Shown here: in pieces, positions 1 through 9,937 of the stretch
Layout: every line of letters begins with the position of its first letter
Position numbering within the stretch: position 1 is the stretch's first letter
Origin: Thermoanaerobaculia bacterium
GTDB lineage: Bacteria > Acidobacteriota > Thermoanaerobaculia > Multivoradales > Multivoraceae
NCBI GenBank assembly: GCA_965116145.1
Contig: OZ220482.1
Location: 1,089,450-1,153,449 of the forward strand
Direction of reading: 5' to 3'
DNA length: 64,000 nt
Translations under genes and position numbers: made by a program
Notes under the pieces: generated by a model
What the model saw: only the letters and a program-made list of their open reading frames with translations
Told to the model about the DNA's origin: nothing
The model's database searches: none

Positions 1-786
1 GCCGGTACCCTCACCCGGCTCCTTGTTGTAGTGCATCGAGAAGTAGAGCTGGGTACCCGGCGTCAGCAGCCGGCCGGCGCCTTCCGGCAGGTAGAACGGC
101 TCGGTGCCGGGGGCGATGCCGCCGATCAGGCCGGACGCTCCCGGCGTCTCCGTTTCGGCCGCGACCCGCGAGCCGACGATGTGATGGACCACATCGCTGC
201 CGGGACGGAACTCGATCGCCTGGATCCAGCGCGGCTCGGGCAGCATCTCCTCGGTGATCATCGCCGCCCTCAGGCTGATGTTCACGTCCTTCACGTCGTC
301 GTCGACCCAGAACGGCTCGGCCAGATCGAGCACCAGGTCGGGCTCGCCGATCAGCCAGCCCGTCGGCCACGCGATCGGCTCCGGGGCCTTCGCCGGGTCG
401 CCCCGCCGCGCGCCGGTCCTCGCCCAGCGGACGATCGTGTCGATCTCTTCCGCCGTCAGCACCCGCTCGTTCGTGAACTGACCGTGGGTCTGCTCGGTCG
501 CGAACCAGGGCGGCATCTCCTTCGACTCCACCTGGCGCGCCATGCTGCGGGCCCACGGGCGCGTCTCCTGGTAGGTGGTCAGCGCCATCGGCGCCTTCAT
601 GCCGCCGTAGGCAACGCCCTCGGGGCGGTGGCAACCCTGGCAGGAGCGCTGCAGGATCGGCTCGACGTCCTCATGGAACGTCACCGCGTCGGGACTGTCG
701 GTGTCGTTGGCGCCAGCGGCCACGACCGGGGCAGCGGCAACGAACAGCAGAGTGGCAAGAGCGGCAAGGCGGGAACACCGTGACAT
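1..786 (-). CDS. cytochrome c domain protein, N-terminal part; the gene continues past the window start
   Basis: Hand translation of the minus strand from ATG at 786-784 gives MSRCSRLAALATLLFVAAAPVVAAG...DVEPILQRSCQGCHRPEG...MPPWF, i.e. a signal peptide then a CxxCH heme motif. There is no stop before position 1. It is missing from the ORF track because it is edge-truncated. Confidence 0.7.
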   Translation of the reverse strand, partial: MSRCSRLAALATLLFVAAAPVVAAGANDTDSPDAVTFHEDVEPILQRSCQGCHRPEGVAYGGMKAPMALTTYQETRPWARSMARQVESKEMPPWFATEQTHGQFTNERVLTAEEIDTIVRWARTGARRGDPAKAPEPIAWPTGWLIGEPDLVLDLAEPFWVDDDVKDVNISLRAAMITEEMLPEPRWIQAIEFRPGSDVVHHIVGSRVAAETETPGASGLIGGIAPGTEPFYLPEGAGRLLTPGTQLYFSMHYNKEPGEGTG

Positions 787-1195
787 CACAAACTTCCTCC
801 CGATAGAGGTTCTGGTGGTTGATTCGTGCCGAACGTATCACACGGCTGCGGAACGGACGGCGAATCGGCCGAGGGCTTCCCGACCGACTCAGCTCCGGGA
901 CGTCGGCTCCTCCAGCGGCGCCACCGTCTCGAGCCGGTCGATGGCATGGACCGGAGCGGCTTCGCCCTTCATCAGATGCGCGATCGCCCGCAGCACGAGG
1001 CGCTGGCGCGCCAGCCGGTTGCGGCCGGCGAAGGCCGGAGATTCGACCCGCAGGCTGAAGTGACTGCCCTCCCCCGTCACGTCGATCCGGGCCGACGGAA
1101 GGGCGGCCGCCACCGCCTGCCGAATGCGCTCGGCGGTCTCGTGCGGACTCGGCCGGCCAGCGATCTGCACCATGGATCGGCGACGGGTCGGACGG

Positions 1196-1810
1196 TCAGC
1201 CGGCGGCGCGGGCGGCCGGCATGTCGACGTCCAGCCGCTGTCCGTGCTCGGTGTCGACCACCGTGATCGCAGCTCCCTGCGCCCGCTGCGCCGAGTCCCG
1301 GTCGAGCAGGAAGAACAGACCGCCGACCGGCACGCGGAGCTCCGACCCGGCCGCTGGACCGAAGCCGAGGAAGGGCTGGAACCGGGCGTCGATCCCGAAG
1401 TGGAGCTCGCCCTGCTGCTGAAGCTGGGCCTGGCGCAGCATCTCCTCGGCCTCGGCGCTGATCGTGATCTCGACCTCGCCGCCGGCGGGACGCTCCACGC
1501 CCAGGGCGTCGTGAAGCTCGCCGTTGTCGTACATCTCCTTGACGATGTCGCAGCCGCCCATGAACTCGCCGTCGACGTAGAGCTGCGGAATCGTCGGCCA
1601 GTCGGAGAACTCCTTGACACCCTCGCGCACATCGCCGTCCGAGAGCACGTCGAAGGTCTCGTACTCGGGCAGCAGGCGATTCAGCACCTGGACCACCTGG
1701 GACGAGAAACCGCACTGCGGCGCGGCTCGGTTGCCCTTCATGAACAGGACGCAGGGTGCGGAAGCGACGATGTCCCGGATACGGGACTCGAGTTCGGGAG
1801 TGAGCGACAT
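1196..1810 (-). CDS. Grx4-family monothiol glutaredoxin (CGFS active site) with a roughly 90-aa C-terminal extension that looks like a Cys-less HesB/IscA-like domain
   Basis: The 204-aa ORF has ...VLFMKGNRAAPQCGFSSQVVQVL..., which is typical of Grx4. The C-terminal part, ITISAEAEEML...ELHFGIDARF...LRVPVGG..., resembles the A-type carrier fold but has no cysteines. The overlapping ORF 889..1632 in another frame is judged spurious. Confidence 0.85.
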   Translation of the reverse strand: MSLTPELESRIRDIVASAPCVLFMKGNRAAPQCGFSSQVVQVLNRLLPEYETFDVLSDGDVREGVKEFSDWPTIPQLYVDGEFMGGCDIVKEMYDNGELHDALGVERPAGGEVEITISAEAEEMLRQAQLQQQGELHFGIDARFQPFLGFGPAAGSELRVPVGGLFFLLDRDSAQRAQGAAITVVDTEHGQRLDVDMPAARAAG

Positions 1811-1827
1811 GTCGGAAGTTCCTGGCT

Positions 1828-1988
1828 AGCAGTCCGTGGCAGAAGTGCGTGTGGCACCGAGAGCGGTCAGGCGCCCGTCCGGCAAGGCGCGATGAGCGAG
1901 CATATCGGGATATATGTGAGCGAAGAGCAACGCAGCCGGACGGGATGCATGGCCGATCGAATGCAGCGCGACTTCTGCCACGGACTGC
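1828..1988 (+). repeat. MITE-like structured repeat, copy A (about 160 bp, terminal inverted repeats GCAGTCCGTGGCAGAAGT / ACTTCTGCCACGGACTGC)
   Basis: Near-identical copies occur at 15031-15189, 22203-22367, 32024-32174, 53368-53552 (inverted) and 59098-59231 (degenerate). An internal inverted repeat CCCGTCCGGC...GCCGGACGGG is present. The element sits between convergently or divergently arranged genes. Confidence 0.8.
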
Positions 1989-2159
1989 CAAGCGGGCCGG
2001 TCGTGCTTGTTGCTACTCTATCGGGTTCACTGCCGACCGCGACCGCACGGCACAAGATCACCGGTCAGGAGACTGCACGGAATGACGGACTCTGGCAGGG
2101 CCGCGGCCCGCAACGAACCACCCGACGAACTGCCGGGACGACCTCGCGCACGGAACCCG

Positions 2160-4331
2160 ATGGCGGCGATCGGCGTGATCGCCGGCACCCTGGCCGCCCT
2201 GCCGGTCCAGGCGAACGAATGGACATCCTGGAGAGGCCCCCACCAGAACGGCTACTCCGGCGCAACCGGCCTGATCGACACCTGGAGTCCGGACGGCGAG
2301 AACCTGATCTGGCGCCGGGACTTCACCGCCCGCTCGACCCCGGTCGTCATGGGCGGCCGGGTCTACGTCAACGGCCGCGCCGGCGCCGGCGTCGACCAGC
2401 AGGCGGTGGTCGCGGCCTTCGACGCCGGAACCGGCGAGCCGATCTGGGAAAACCGCTACAACCTCTACCTGACGACCGTGGCGATGAACCGCGTCGGCTG
2501 GGCGTCGCTCACCGGGGACCCGGAGACCGGCTACATCTACGTCCAGCTCGTCAGCGGCTTCTTCCTGTGCCTCGACCGCGACGGCGGCGTCGTCTGGTCG
2601 CGATCGCTCAAGGAGGAGCACGGCCGCTTCGAGGGCTACGGCGGCCGCACCGCGTCGGCGGTCATCGACGAGGACCAGGTCATCCTGAACATGATCAACG
2701 GCAGCTGGGGCAACCAGGGCCCGCCGCGCCACCGCTACTACGCCTTCGACAAGCGCACCGGCGCCGTCCGCTGGATGTCGACGCCAAGCGGCGCGGTCCA
2801 CGACCGGAACACCCAGTCCGTTCCGGTCGTCGCCGTCGTCGGCGGCCAGCGCCTGCTGATCGGCGGCGCCGCGGACGGCCGCATCTACGCCCTCCAGGCC
2901 CGCACCGGCAGGAAGGTGTGGGAGTTCGAGCTGTCGAAGCGCGGCCTCAACGTCTCTCCCGTGGTCGACGAGGCGGGCCGGGTGTTCATCTCCCACAGCG
3001 AGGAGAACGTCGACGAGGCCACGCTCGGCCGGCTGGTGGCGATCGACGGTAGCGGCAGCGGCGACATCACGGCCACCGGGGAGCTGTGGCGCTGGAACCG
3101 GAACAAGGCCGGTTTCCCCTCGCCGGCCCTCCATGACGGCCGCCTGTACGTCGTGAACAACCAGGGCAACCTGGCCGCCGTCGAAGCCGCCACCGGCGAT
3201 GTCCACTGGGAACTGAGCATCGGCACGGTCGGCAAGTCGTCGCCGGTATGGGCCGACGGCAAGCTCTACGCACCCGAGACGAACGGCCACTTCGCGATCG
3301 TTCGACCCGGCGACGACAGCGCCGAAATCCTCGCCCGCCACGAGCTGAGGATGCCGGACGGCCGCCGCTACGCCGAGTTCTACGGGTCGCCGGCGATCGC
3401 CTACGGACGGATCTACTTCACGACCGAGGAGGGCCTCTACTGTCTGGGCGACCCGGAAGCGCCGTTCGAGGTCACGGCAGCGGCCCCGCTGCCCGGCCTC
3501 GGCGACGAAGGGGCGGAGACAGGTCCCGCCGCGACGCTGCTCGTGGTCCCGGCCGAGGTCACCGCGAACCCCGGAGAGAGCCACGACTTCGAGGTGCACG
3601 CCTACGACGCCCGAGGCCGCGCGCTGGGGCCGGTCGAGGCCGCGTGGTCGGTCAGGGGACTCGACGCCGCGGTCGCCGGCTCGACCCTGACGGTTTCCGC
3701 CGACTCCGGATTCGCGGTCGGAGCGCTGGCGGCGACGCACGGCGAGCTGAAGGCCGAGGCCCGGATCCGGGTGTTCCCGCCGCTGCCCTGGCGCGAGGAT
3801 TTCTCGGGCGGCAAGCGCGGCCTCTGGATCGGCGGCGGCCGCTACGACGTTACCGAGGAGGACGGCGAGAGCATCCTGATCAAGCCGGTGGCGGAACGCG
3901 GCCTGCTGCGCTCGCCGCTGCTGATCGGACCGCCTTCGCTTGGCAACTACACGATCCAGGCCGACATCCGCCTCTCGCAGCAGGGCCGCCGCAAGTCGGA
4001 TGCGGGCCTGATCAACAGCGGCTACATCCTGGACGTTCTCGGCATCCACCAGCGCCTGCAGATCCGCTCCTGGTCGGCGATGCTCCGGGTCGAGGAGACG
4101 GTGGACATCGAGGTCGGGATGGACCGCTGGTACACAATGAAGCTCGAAGTCGAATCGGACGATGACGAGGCCCGGATTCGCGGCAAGGTCTGGCCGCAGG
4201 GCGCCGACGAGCCGGCGGACTGGACGGTGACCGCGGTCGACCCCCATCCGATCCGCAACGGCTCTCCGGGCCTGCTCGGCTACTCGCCGGCGGTGGTGTC
4301 CTACGACAACGTGCTGATCACGCCGAACTGA
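2160..4331 (+). CDS. secreted PQQ-like beta-propeller repeat protein fused to a C-terminal DUF1080 (3-keto-disaccharide hydrolase-like jelly-roll) domain
   Basis: The track ORF 2007..4331 begins inside repeat A. In-frame ATGs lie at 2082 and 2160; the 2160 start gives the signal peptide MAAIGVIAGTLAALPVQA. Repeated WxG / GxxYAL propeller blades follow. The C-terminal 220 aa (LWIGGGRYDV...NSGYILDV...WYTMKLEV...) match the DUF1080 pattern. The antisense ORF 2058..5285 was rejected. Confidence 0.8.
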   Translation: MAAIGVIAGTLAALPVQANEWTSWRGPHQNGYSGATGLIDTWSPDGENLIWRRDFTARSTPVVMGGRVYVNGRAGAGVDQQAVVAAFDAGTGEPIWENRYNLYLTTVAMNRVGWASLTGDPETGYIYVQLVSGFFLCLDRDGGVVWSRSLKEEHGRFEGYGGRTASAVIDEDQVILNMINGSWGNQGPPRHRYYAFDKRTGAVRWMSTPSGAVHDRNTQSVPVVAVVGGQRLLIGGAADGRIYALQARTGRKVWEFELSKRGLNVSPVVDEAGRVFISHSEENVDEATLGRLVAIDGSGSGDITATGELWRWNRNKAGFPSPALHDGRLYVVNNQGNLAAVEAATGDVHWELSIGTVGKSSPVWADGKLYAPETNGHFAIVRPGDDSAEILARHELRMPDGRRYAEFYGSPAIAYGRIYFTTEEGLYCLGDPEAPFEVTAAAPLPGLGDEGAETGPAATLLVVPAEVTANPGESHDFEVHAYDARGRALGPVEAAWSVRGLDAAVAGSTLTVSADSGFAVGALAATHGELKAEARIRVFPPLPWREDFSGGKRGLWIGGGRYDVTEEDGESILIKPVAERGLLRSPLLIGPPSLGNYTIQADIRLSQQGRRKSDAGLINSGYILDVLGIHQRLQIRSWSAMLRVEETVDIEVGMDRWYTMKLEVESDDDEARIRGKVWPQGADEPADWTVTAVDPHPIRNGSPGLLGYSPAVVSYDNVLITPN

Positions 4332-4376
4332 GCGCCGGGCACCGGCGAGAGGGCGCACAGGGAACGCAGCGAGGCA

Positions 4377-5534
4377 ATGGAACGGAGAATCCGCATGGGC
4401 ATGGTCGGCGGCGGCCAGGGCGCCTTCATCGGCGCCGTCCACCGCATGGCGGCCGGGCTCGACGGCCTGATCGAACTCGTCTGCGGCGCCTTCAGTTCCG
4501 ACCCGGAGCGCTCGCGCGCGTCCGGCGCCGACCTGTTCCTGCCGCCGGAGCGCTGCTATGGCACGTACCGGGAGATGATGGAGCGCGAGGCCGCCCGCGA
4601 TCCGGCCGAGCGGATGGACTTCGTCTCCATCGTGACGCCGAACCACCTGCACTTCCCGGTCGCGAAGGCGGCGCTCGAAGCCGGCTTTCACGTGATGAGC
4701 GACAAGCCGATGACGACGTCGGCCGCCGAGGCCGAGGCGCTGGTGGAGCTGGTCGAACGGACCGGCCTCACCTTCGGACTGACCCACAACTACACGGGCT
4801 ACCCGATGGTCAAGGAAGCCCGGCACCGGGTCCGCGGCGGTCAGCTCGGCACGGTGCGGAAGATCGTCGTCGAGTACCCGCAGGGATGGCTCGCCACCCG
4901 GCTCGAGTCGGAAGGCCAGAAGCAGGCGGACTGGCGCACCGACCCCGAGCGCGCCGGGATCAGTTGCTGCATCGGCGACATCGGCACCCACGCGGAGAAC
5001 CTCGCCGAGGCGATCACCGGCCTGCGCATCGAGTCGCTGTGCGCCGACCTGACCACCTTCGTCGCCGGGCGGCCGCTCGAGGACGACGGCAATGTCCTGC
5101 TGCGCTTCGACAACGGCGCACGCGGCGTGCTCCATGCATCCCAGATCGCGGTCGACGAGGAGAATGCGCTGGCGATCCGGATCCACGGCGAACAGGGCGG
5201 CCTGGAGTGGCGCCAGGAGGAGCCGAACACCCTGATCCTCAAGTGGCCCGACCGGCCGCGCGAGATCCTGCGCACGTCGAGCCACGGGCTATGCGATGCC
5301 GCGGCCGCGCACACCAGACTGCCCGCCGGTCATCCCGAGGGCTTCCTCGAGGCCTTCGCCAATCTCTACCGCAACTTCGCGTTGACGCTCGACTGCCGAC
5401 GCCGCGGCCGGGAACCCGACCCGACGATGCTCGATTTCCCCACCGTCCACGACGGGCTGCGCGGAATGCAGTTCATCGAGACTGTCGTCGCCAGCAGCGA
5501 GAGCGACCGGAAGTGGCTGGAGATGCCGGCCTGA
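4377..5534 (+). CDS. Gfo/Idh/MocA family oxidoreductase (NAD(P)-dependent sugar dehydrogenase)
   Basis: N-terminal Rossmann motif [16 protein letters not shown]. Length 385 aa. The C-terminal alpha/beta domain is typical of glucose-fructose oxidoreductase-like enzymes. Confidence 0.9.
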   Translation: MERRIRMGMVGGGQGAFIGAVHRMAAGLDGLIELVCGAFSSDPERSRASGADLFLPPERCYGTYREMMEREAARDPAERMDFVSIVTPNHLHFPVAKAALEAGFHVMSDKPMTTSAAEAEALVELVERTGLTFGLTHNYTGYPMVKEARHRVRGGQLGTVRKIVVEYPQGWLATRLESEGQKQADWRTDPERAGISCCIGDIGTHAENLAEAITGLRIESLCADLTTFVAGRPLEDDGNVLLRFDNGARGVLHASQIAVDEENALAIRIHGEQGGLEWRQEEPNTLILKWPDRPREILRTSSHGLCDAAAAHTRLPAGHPEGFLEAFANLYRNFALTLDCRRRGREPDPTMLDFPTVHDGLRGMQFIETVVASSESDRKWLEMPA

Positions 5535-5598
5535 CGCCGGAGTCCGCGCACCGCACGGGCTGAGACCGGGCGAGTCCGCAACCCGAAGGAGACGTACC

Positions 5599-6594
5599 GT
5601 GGCCCGACCCGTAACACTGTTCACCGGCCAGTGGGCCGACCTGCCCATCGCCGACCTCTGTCCGCTCGCCGGCGAACTCGGCTACGACGGACTGGAGCTC
5701 GCCTGCTGGGGCGACCACCTCGAGGTCGACCGCTGCGACGCCGACTACGCCGCGGCGCGGCGCAGCCTGCTGAAGCAGCACGGGCTCGAACTCCATGCGA
5801 TCAGCAACCACCTGGTCGGGCAGGCGGTATGCGACCGGATCGACGCCCGCCACGAAGCGATCCTGCCGCCCCATGTCTGGGGCGACGGCAACCCGGAGGA
5901 CGTCCGCAGACGCGCCGCCGACGAGATGATCCGCACCGGTGAAGCGGCGAAGGACCTGGGGCTTTCGGTGGTCAACGGCTTCGTCGGCAGCTCGATCTGG
6001 CATCTGCTCTACTCCTTCCCGCCGGTGCCGCCGTCGATGATCGACGAAGGGTTCGCCGACTTCGCGGCGCGCTGGACGCCGATCCTCGACGCCTATCGGG
6101 AGCTCGGCGTGCGCTTCGGCCTGGAGGTCCATCCGACCGAGATCGCCTTCGACACGGTGACCGCAGAGCGCGCGATCGACGCCCTGGACGGCCACTCCGC
6201 CTTTGGCTTCAACTACGACCCGAGCCACCTCGGCTACCAGGGCGTCGACTATGTCGACTTCATCCGCCGCTTCGGCGACCGCATCGTCCACGTCCACATC
6301 AAGGACGCATCGTGGTCCGACCAGCCGAAACCCTGCGGCGTCTTCGGAGGCCACACCGGCTTCGGCGACCACCGCCGGTTCTGGGACTTCCGGTCGCCCG
6401 GCCGCGGCTCGGTCGACTTCGAGGAGGTCATCCGGGCCCTGAACGACATCGGCTACGACGGTCCGCTCTCGGTCGAGTGGGAGGACTCCGGCATGGACCG
6501 CAGGCACGGCGCTGCCGAAGCCGCGGACTTCGTCCGCGCCCTCGACTTCGCCCCCTCGGCAATCGCCTTCGACGCCGCCTTCGAAGACAGGTGA
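5599..6594 (+). CDS. sugar phosphate isomerase/epimerase (xylose-isomerase-like TIM barrel) family protein
   Basis: 331 aa with a GTG start. Motifs GYDGLEL, HVHIKD and the C-terminal region [13 protein letters not shown] are characteristic of the AP endonuclease 2 / xylose-isomerase-like TIM-barrel fold. Confidence 0.9.
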   Translation: MARPVTLFTGQWADLPIADLCPLAGELGYDGLELACWGDHLEVDRCDADYAAARRSLLKQHGLELHAISNHLVGQAVCDRIDARHEAILPPHVWGDGNPEDVRRRAADEMIRTGEAAKDLGLSVVNGFVGSSIWHLLYSFPPVPPSMIDEGFADFAARWTPILDAYRELGVRFGLEVHPTEIAFDTVTAERAIDALDGHSAFGFNYDPSHLGYQGVDYVDFIRRFGDRIVHVHIKDASWSDQPKPCGVFGGHTGFGDHRRFWDFRSPGRGSVDFEEVIRALNDIGYDGPLSVEWEDSGMDRRHGAAEAADFVRALDFAPSAIAFDAAFEDR

Positions 6595-6717
6595 CGTCAT
6601 CGGCCGCAACGTCAGGCCGAACGACGGACCGTCGCTGCGGGTGGTCTCTGATCGACTATCACTGACAGAAGAGGAGACATGGCGATGAACATCAGCGCAG
6701 GCGATCGCGTCGGCCCG

Positions 6718-7014
6718 ATGCGGAACCCTCCGCACCTGGGCGAGCTGATCCGCGAGAGCATGGAGGACATGGGCTGGAACGTGACCGAGACGGCGACGCG
6801 CCTGGGCTGTCAGCGCGTGACACTGTCTCGCCTGCTGAACGGCAAGGCCGGTGTGTCGCCGAACATGGCGCTGGCGCTGGAGGGCATCGGCTGGGGCACG
6901 GCCGAACACTGGATGAGGATGCAGGCGAGCTACGAGCTTGCGCAGGCGCGTCGCGACCGGACCTCGGTCGGACCGTATTCGGTCGACGTGGCTGGCGAAC
7001 TCGTCGGCCCATGA
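6718..7014 (+). CDS. higA: HigA-family addiction-module antidote / XRE-type HTH protein (orphan; no HigB partner present)
   Basis: MRNPPHLGELIRESMEDMGWNVTETATRLGCQRVTLSRLLNGKAGVSPNMALAL matches the HigA / VapI HTH pattern. The track ORF starts earlier, at 6679. Its stop codon overlaps the xylA start (ATGA at 7011-7014). Confidence 0.75.
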   Translation: MRNPPHLGELIRESMEDMGWNVTETATRLGCQRVTLSRLLNGKAGVSPNMALALEGIGWGTAEHWMRMQASYELAQARRDRTSVGPYSVDVAGELVGP

Positions 7015-8360
7015 CGACAGCGTCCTTCTTCCCCGAGGTTCCGAAGCCGATTCCGTTCCACGGGCCGGAGAGTCGGGAGCGGCTGGCGTTCCGGTACTAC
7101 GACCGTGACCGGAAGGTCGGCCGCCGGACGATGGAGCGGCACCTGAAGTTCGCGGTCGCCTGGTGGCACACCTTCAAGGGCGGCGGACAGGATCCGTTCG
7201 GGCCGGATCCGGTCTACGACCGCGCCTGGAACCACGCGCCGACAGCGCTCGACGCCGCCGCCCGCACCGTCGACGCGGCCTTCGAGTTCGCAACGAAGCT
7301 CGGCGTGCCGTACTACTGCTTTCACGACCGGGACATCGCCCCCGAGGGCCGCTCGATCGCCGAGAGCAACGAGTTCCTGGACGAGATCGTGCCGTTGCTC
7401 CGTGCCCGGCAGCGGGCAACCGGCGTCCGGCTGCTCTGGGGCACCGCAAACCTGTTCGGACACCCGCGCTACACCCACGGCGCGGCGACCAACCCCGATC
7501 CGCGGGTCTTCGCGCACGCCGCGGCCCAGGTGCGCCGGGCGATCGACGCCACGATCGAGCTCGGCGGCACGGGCTACGTCTTCTGGGGCGGCCGCGAGGG
7601 CTACACCTCCCTGATCAACACCGACATGCGCCGCGAGCGCGAGCAGATGGCGGCCTTCCTGCGGCTGGCGGTGGACTACGGGCGCCGCCAGGGGTTCAAG
7701 GGCAGATTCTTCCTGGAACCGAAGGCGAAGGAGCCGTCCGTCCATCAGTACGACTTCGACTGCGCCCACTGCCTGAACTTCCTCAGGGAGTTCGACCTGA
7801 TGGACGACTTCCTGCTGAACGTCGAGGCGAACCACGCCACCCTGGCGACCCATTCGTTCGAGCACGAGCTGATGACGGCGGCGGGCGCCGGCATGCTCGG
7901 CAGCGTCGACATCAACCGCGGTCTCGAGGGAGTGGGCTGGGACACGGACAATTTCGCGATGAGCCTGCGCGAGTGCGTGCTCGCGCTGCTCGTCATCCGC
8001 GGCCAGGGCGGGCTGCGCTGGGGCGGCCTGAACTTCGACGCCAAGGTGCGGCGCGGCTCCTTCGACACCGTCGACCTGTTCCACGCCCATGTCGCTTCGA
8101 TGGATGTCTTCGCCAGGGCCCTGCTGATCGTCGAGCGCATCCGGGAGGACGGCGTGCTCGGCCTCGCAGGCAGGCGGATCCGGCAGCGCTACGCCGGCTA
8201 CCGCCGCGGCCTGGGCCGCAAGGCGCTCACCGGCGAGACGACGCTCGAGGAGCTGGAGCGGTGGGCCGGCAGCCTGGGGGAGCCGCCGAAGACGAGCGGC
8301 CGCCAGGAGGAGCTCGAGAGCATCCTGAACGACTACCTGTACAGCACCCGCATCGAGTGA
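7011..8360 (+). CDS. xylA: xylose isomerase
   Basis: 449 aa. Conserved WGGREG, FLEPKAKEP and VEANHATLATHSFEHEL blocks are diagnostic of XylA. Confidence 0.95.
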   Translation: MTTASFFPEVPKPIPFHGPESRERLAFRYYDRDRKVGRRTMERHLKFAVAWWHTFKGGGQDPFGPDPVYDRAWNHAPTALDAAARTVDAAFEFATKLGVPYYCFHDRDIAPEGRSIAESNEFLDEIVPLLRARQRATGVRLLWGTANLFGHPRYTHGAATNPDPRVFAHAAAQVRRAIDATIELGGTGYVFWGGREGYTSLINTDMRREREQMAAFLRLAVDYGRRQGFKGRFFLEPKAKEPSVHQYDFDCAHCLNFLREFDLMDDFLLNVEANHATLATHSFEHELMTAAGAGMLGSVDINRGLEGVGWDTDNFAMSLRECVLALLVIRGQGGLRWGGLNFDAKVRRGSFDTVDLFHAHVASMDVFARALLIVERIREDGVLGLAGRRIRQRYAGYRRGLGRKALTGETTLEELERWAGSLGEPPKTSGRQEELESILNDYLYSTRIE

Positions 8361-9937
8361 GCGGCGGCGCCGGCAGCAGCGTCTACCTCGGCGTCGACAT
8401 CGGCACCCAGAGCCTGACCGCGCTCCTGGTCGAGGTTCCGCCGGACGACGAAAGCGGCGACGAGCGGGCGCGCAGTATCGCGGCGCGGGCGGAGGTGCAC
8501 TACGACTCGGAGCTGCCGGCGTACGGCGCCGTGCACGGCCAGCTCCCGAACCACGACCCCGCGATCGGGCGGGCGCCGCCCGGCATGTGGCTGGACGCCC
8601 TCGACCTGGCGCTCGACCGTCTCGGCCGCGAGGCGTGCGGCCGTGTGCGCGGCGTATCCGTGTCCGGGCAGCAGCACGGCTCGGTCTACCTGACGGCGGA
8701 CTTCGAGCCGGTGCTCGAGGCGCTGTCGCCGGACCGCAGTCTCGCCGGCCAGATCGAGCCCGTCCTCGCCCGTGCGGAAGCGCCGATCTGGACCGATTCG
8801 TCCACCACCCGCGAGTGCGAGGAGATCCGCAGCAGCCTCGGCGGCCGGCGTGCGGTCGCCGAACTGACCGGCAGCGACACCTTCGAGCGCTTCACCGGCC
8901 CCCAGATCCGCCGCTTCGCGCGGACCGAGCCCGAGGCGTGGCGGCGCACCGCCCACGTCTGCCTGGTCAGCTCCTTCGTCACCTCGGTCCTGGCCGGACG
9001 GCTGGCCCCGATCGACCACGGCGACGGCGCCGGCATGAACCTGCTCGACATCCGTCGACGGGGGTGGTCAGGGGCGGCATTGGCGGCGACTGCCGACGGC
9101 CTCGACCGCCGGCTGCCTGAGCCCTGCGCACCGTCGACCGCGGTCGGCACGATCGCACCCCGCTTCGTCGTGCGCCACGGCTTCCCGGCCTCGACCCGGG
9201 TGATCGCCGGCTCGGGCGACAATCCGTGCTCCCTGGTCGGCGTCGGCGTCCGGGAACCGGGCGAGGCGGTGCTGAGCCTGGGCACAAGCGACACCTACTT
9301 CGGGTTGCTGCGGCAGGTCGCCGTCGACCCGGAGGCGAACGGCCACGTGTTCATCGCGCCGACCGGACACCCGATGAGCCTGATCTGCTTTCGCAACGGC
9401 TCGCTCGCGCGCGAGGCCGTCCGCGGCCGCCACGACCTGGACTGGCCGGGTTTCGACGCCGCCCTGCGGGCGACGCCGCCGGGAAACGACGGGATGATGA
9501 TGCTGCCCTGGTTCGAGCCGGAGATCGTGCCGCGGGTGGCCGCGCCCCGGGTCCATCGGCTGGGCGGACTCCGCGATGCGCCGGAGCACACGGCACAGAA
9601 CTGCCGGGCGGTGGTCGAGGGCCAGTTCCTGTCGATGCGGCTCAACTCCGAGTGGATGGCAACGAGGCCGTCGAGGCTCGTCGCCACCGGCGGCGGCTCC
9701 CGGAATCGCGAGCTCCTGCAGATCGCCGCCGACGTTCTCGGCTGTCGGGTGGACAGCCTCGAGGTCACGGACGGCGCTGCTCTCGGCGCCGCGCTCCGCG
9801 CCACCGGCCGCCGCACCTGCCCCCTGCCGCCCGCGGGCTGGCTCGGCCCGACCGCCGCGCCACGGCCGGAAGCGGCGGCGGTCTACGACACGATGCTGCC
9901 CCGCTACGCTGAAGCGCAGCGGCGCGCCGCAGGCTGA
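8357..9937 (+). CDS. xylB: xylulokinase (FGGY carbohydrate kinase family)
   Basis: This is the second half of track ORF 7163..9937. The GTG start overlaps the xylA stop (GTGA). Motifs VYLGVDIGTQSLTALLV and GSGDNPCSLVGVG, the conserved xylA-xylB gene order, and the length of about 526 aa support the call. Confidence 0.9.
   Translation: MSGGAGSSVYLGVDIGTQSLTALLVEVPPDDESGDERARSIAARAEVHYDSELPAYGAVHGQLPNHDPAIGRAPPGMWLDALDLALDRLGREACGRVRGVSVSGQQHGSVYLTADFEPVLEALSPDRSLAGQIEPVLARAEAPIWTDSSTTRECEEIRSSLGGRRAVAELTGSDTFERFTGPQIRRFARTEPEAWRRTAHVCLVSSFVTSVLAGRLAPIDHGDGAGMNLLDIRRRGWSGAALAATADGLDRRLPEPCAPSTAVGTIAPRFVVRHGFPASTRVIAGSGDNPCSLVGVGVREPGEAVLSLGTSDTYFGLLRQVAVDPEANGHVFIAPTGHPMSLICFRNGSLAREAVRGRHDLDWPGFDAALRATPPGNDGMMMLPWFEPEIVPRVAAPRVHRLGGLRDAPEHTAQNCRAVVEGQFLSMRLNSEWMATRPSRLVATGGGSRNRELLQIAADVLGCRVDSLEVTDGAALGAALRATGRRTCPLPPAGWLGPTAAPRPEAAAVYDTMLPRYAEAQRRAAG

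Noticed and set aside
2058-5285. 1075-aa minus-strand ORF spanning the PQQ/DUF1080 and Gfo/Idh/MocA genes
   Set aside because: It is antisense to two genes with clear family signatures. Its composition is Arg/Ala/Gly/Pro-rich, as expected for open frames in 68 % GC DNA, and it has no motifs.
6594-6718. Search for a HigB toxin partner upstream of the HigA-like gene
   Set aside because: Only about 120 bp separate the upstream isomerase/epimerase gene from the HigA-like start, and no small toxin ORF is present on either strand, so the antitoxin-like gene is treated as an orphan.
7163-9937. 924-aa ORF apparently fusing the xylA region to xylB
   Set aside because: Only the part from the GTG at 8357 onward is xylulokinase. 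The upstream 400 codons are an out-of-frame read through xylA with no kinase similarity.
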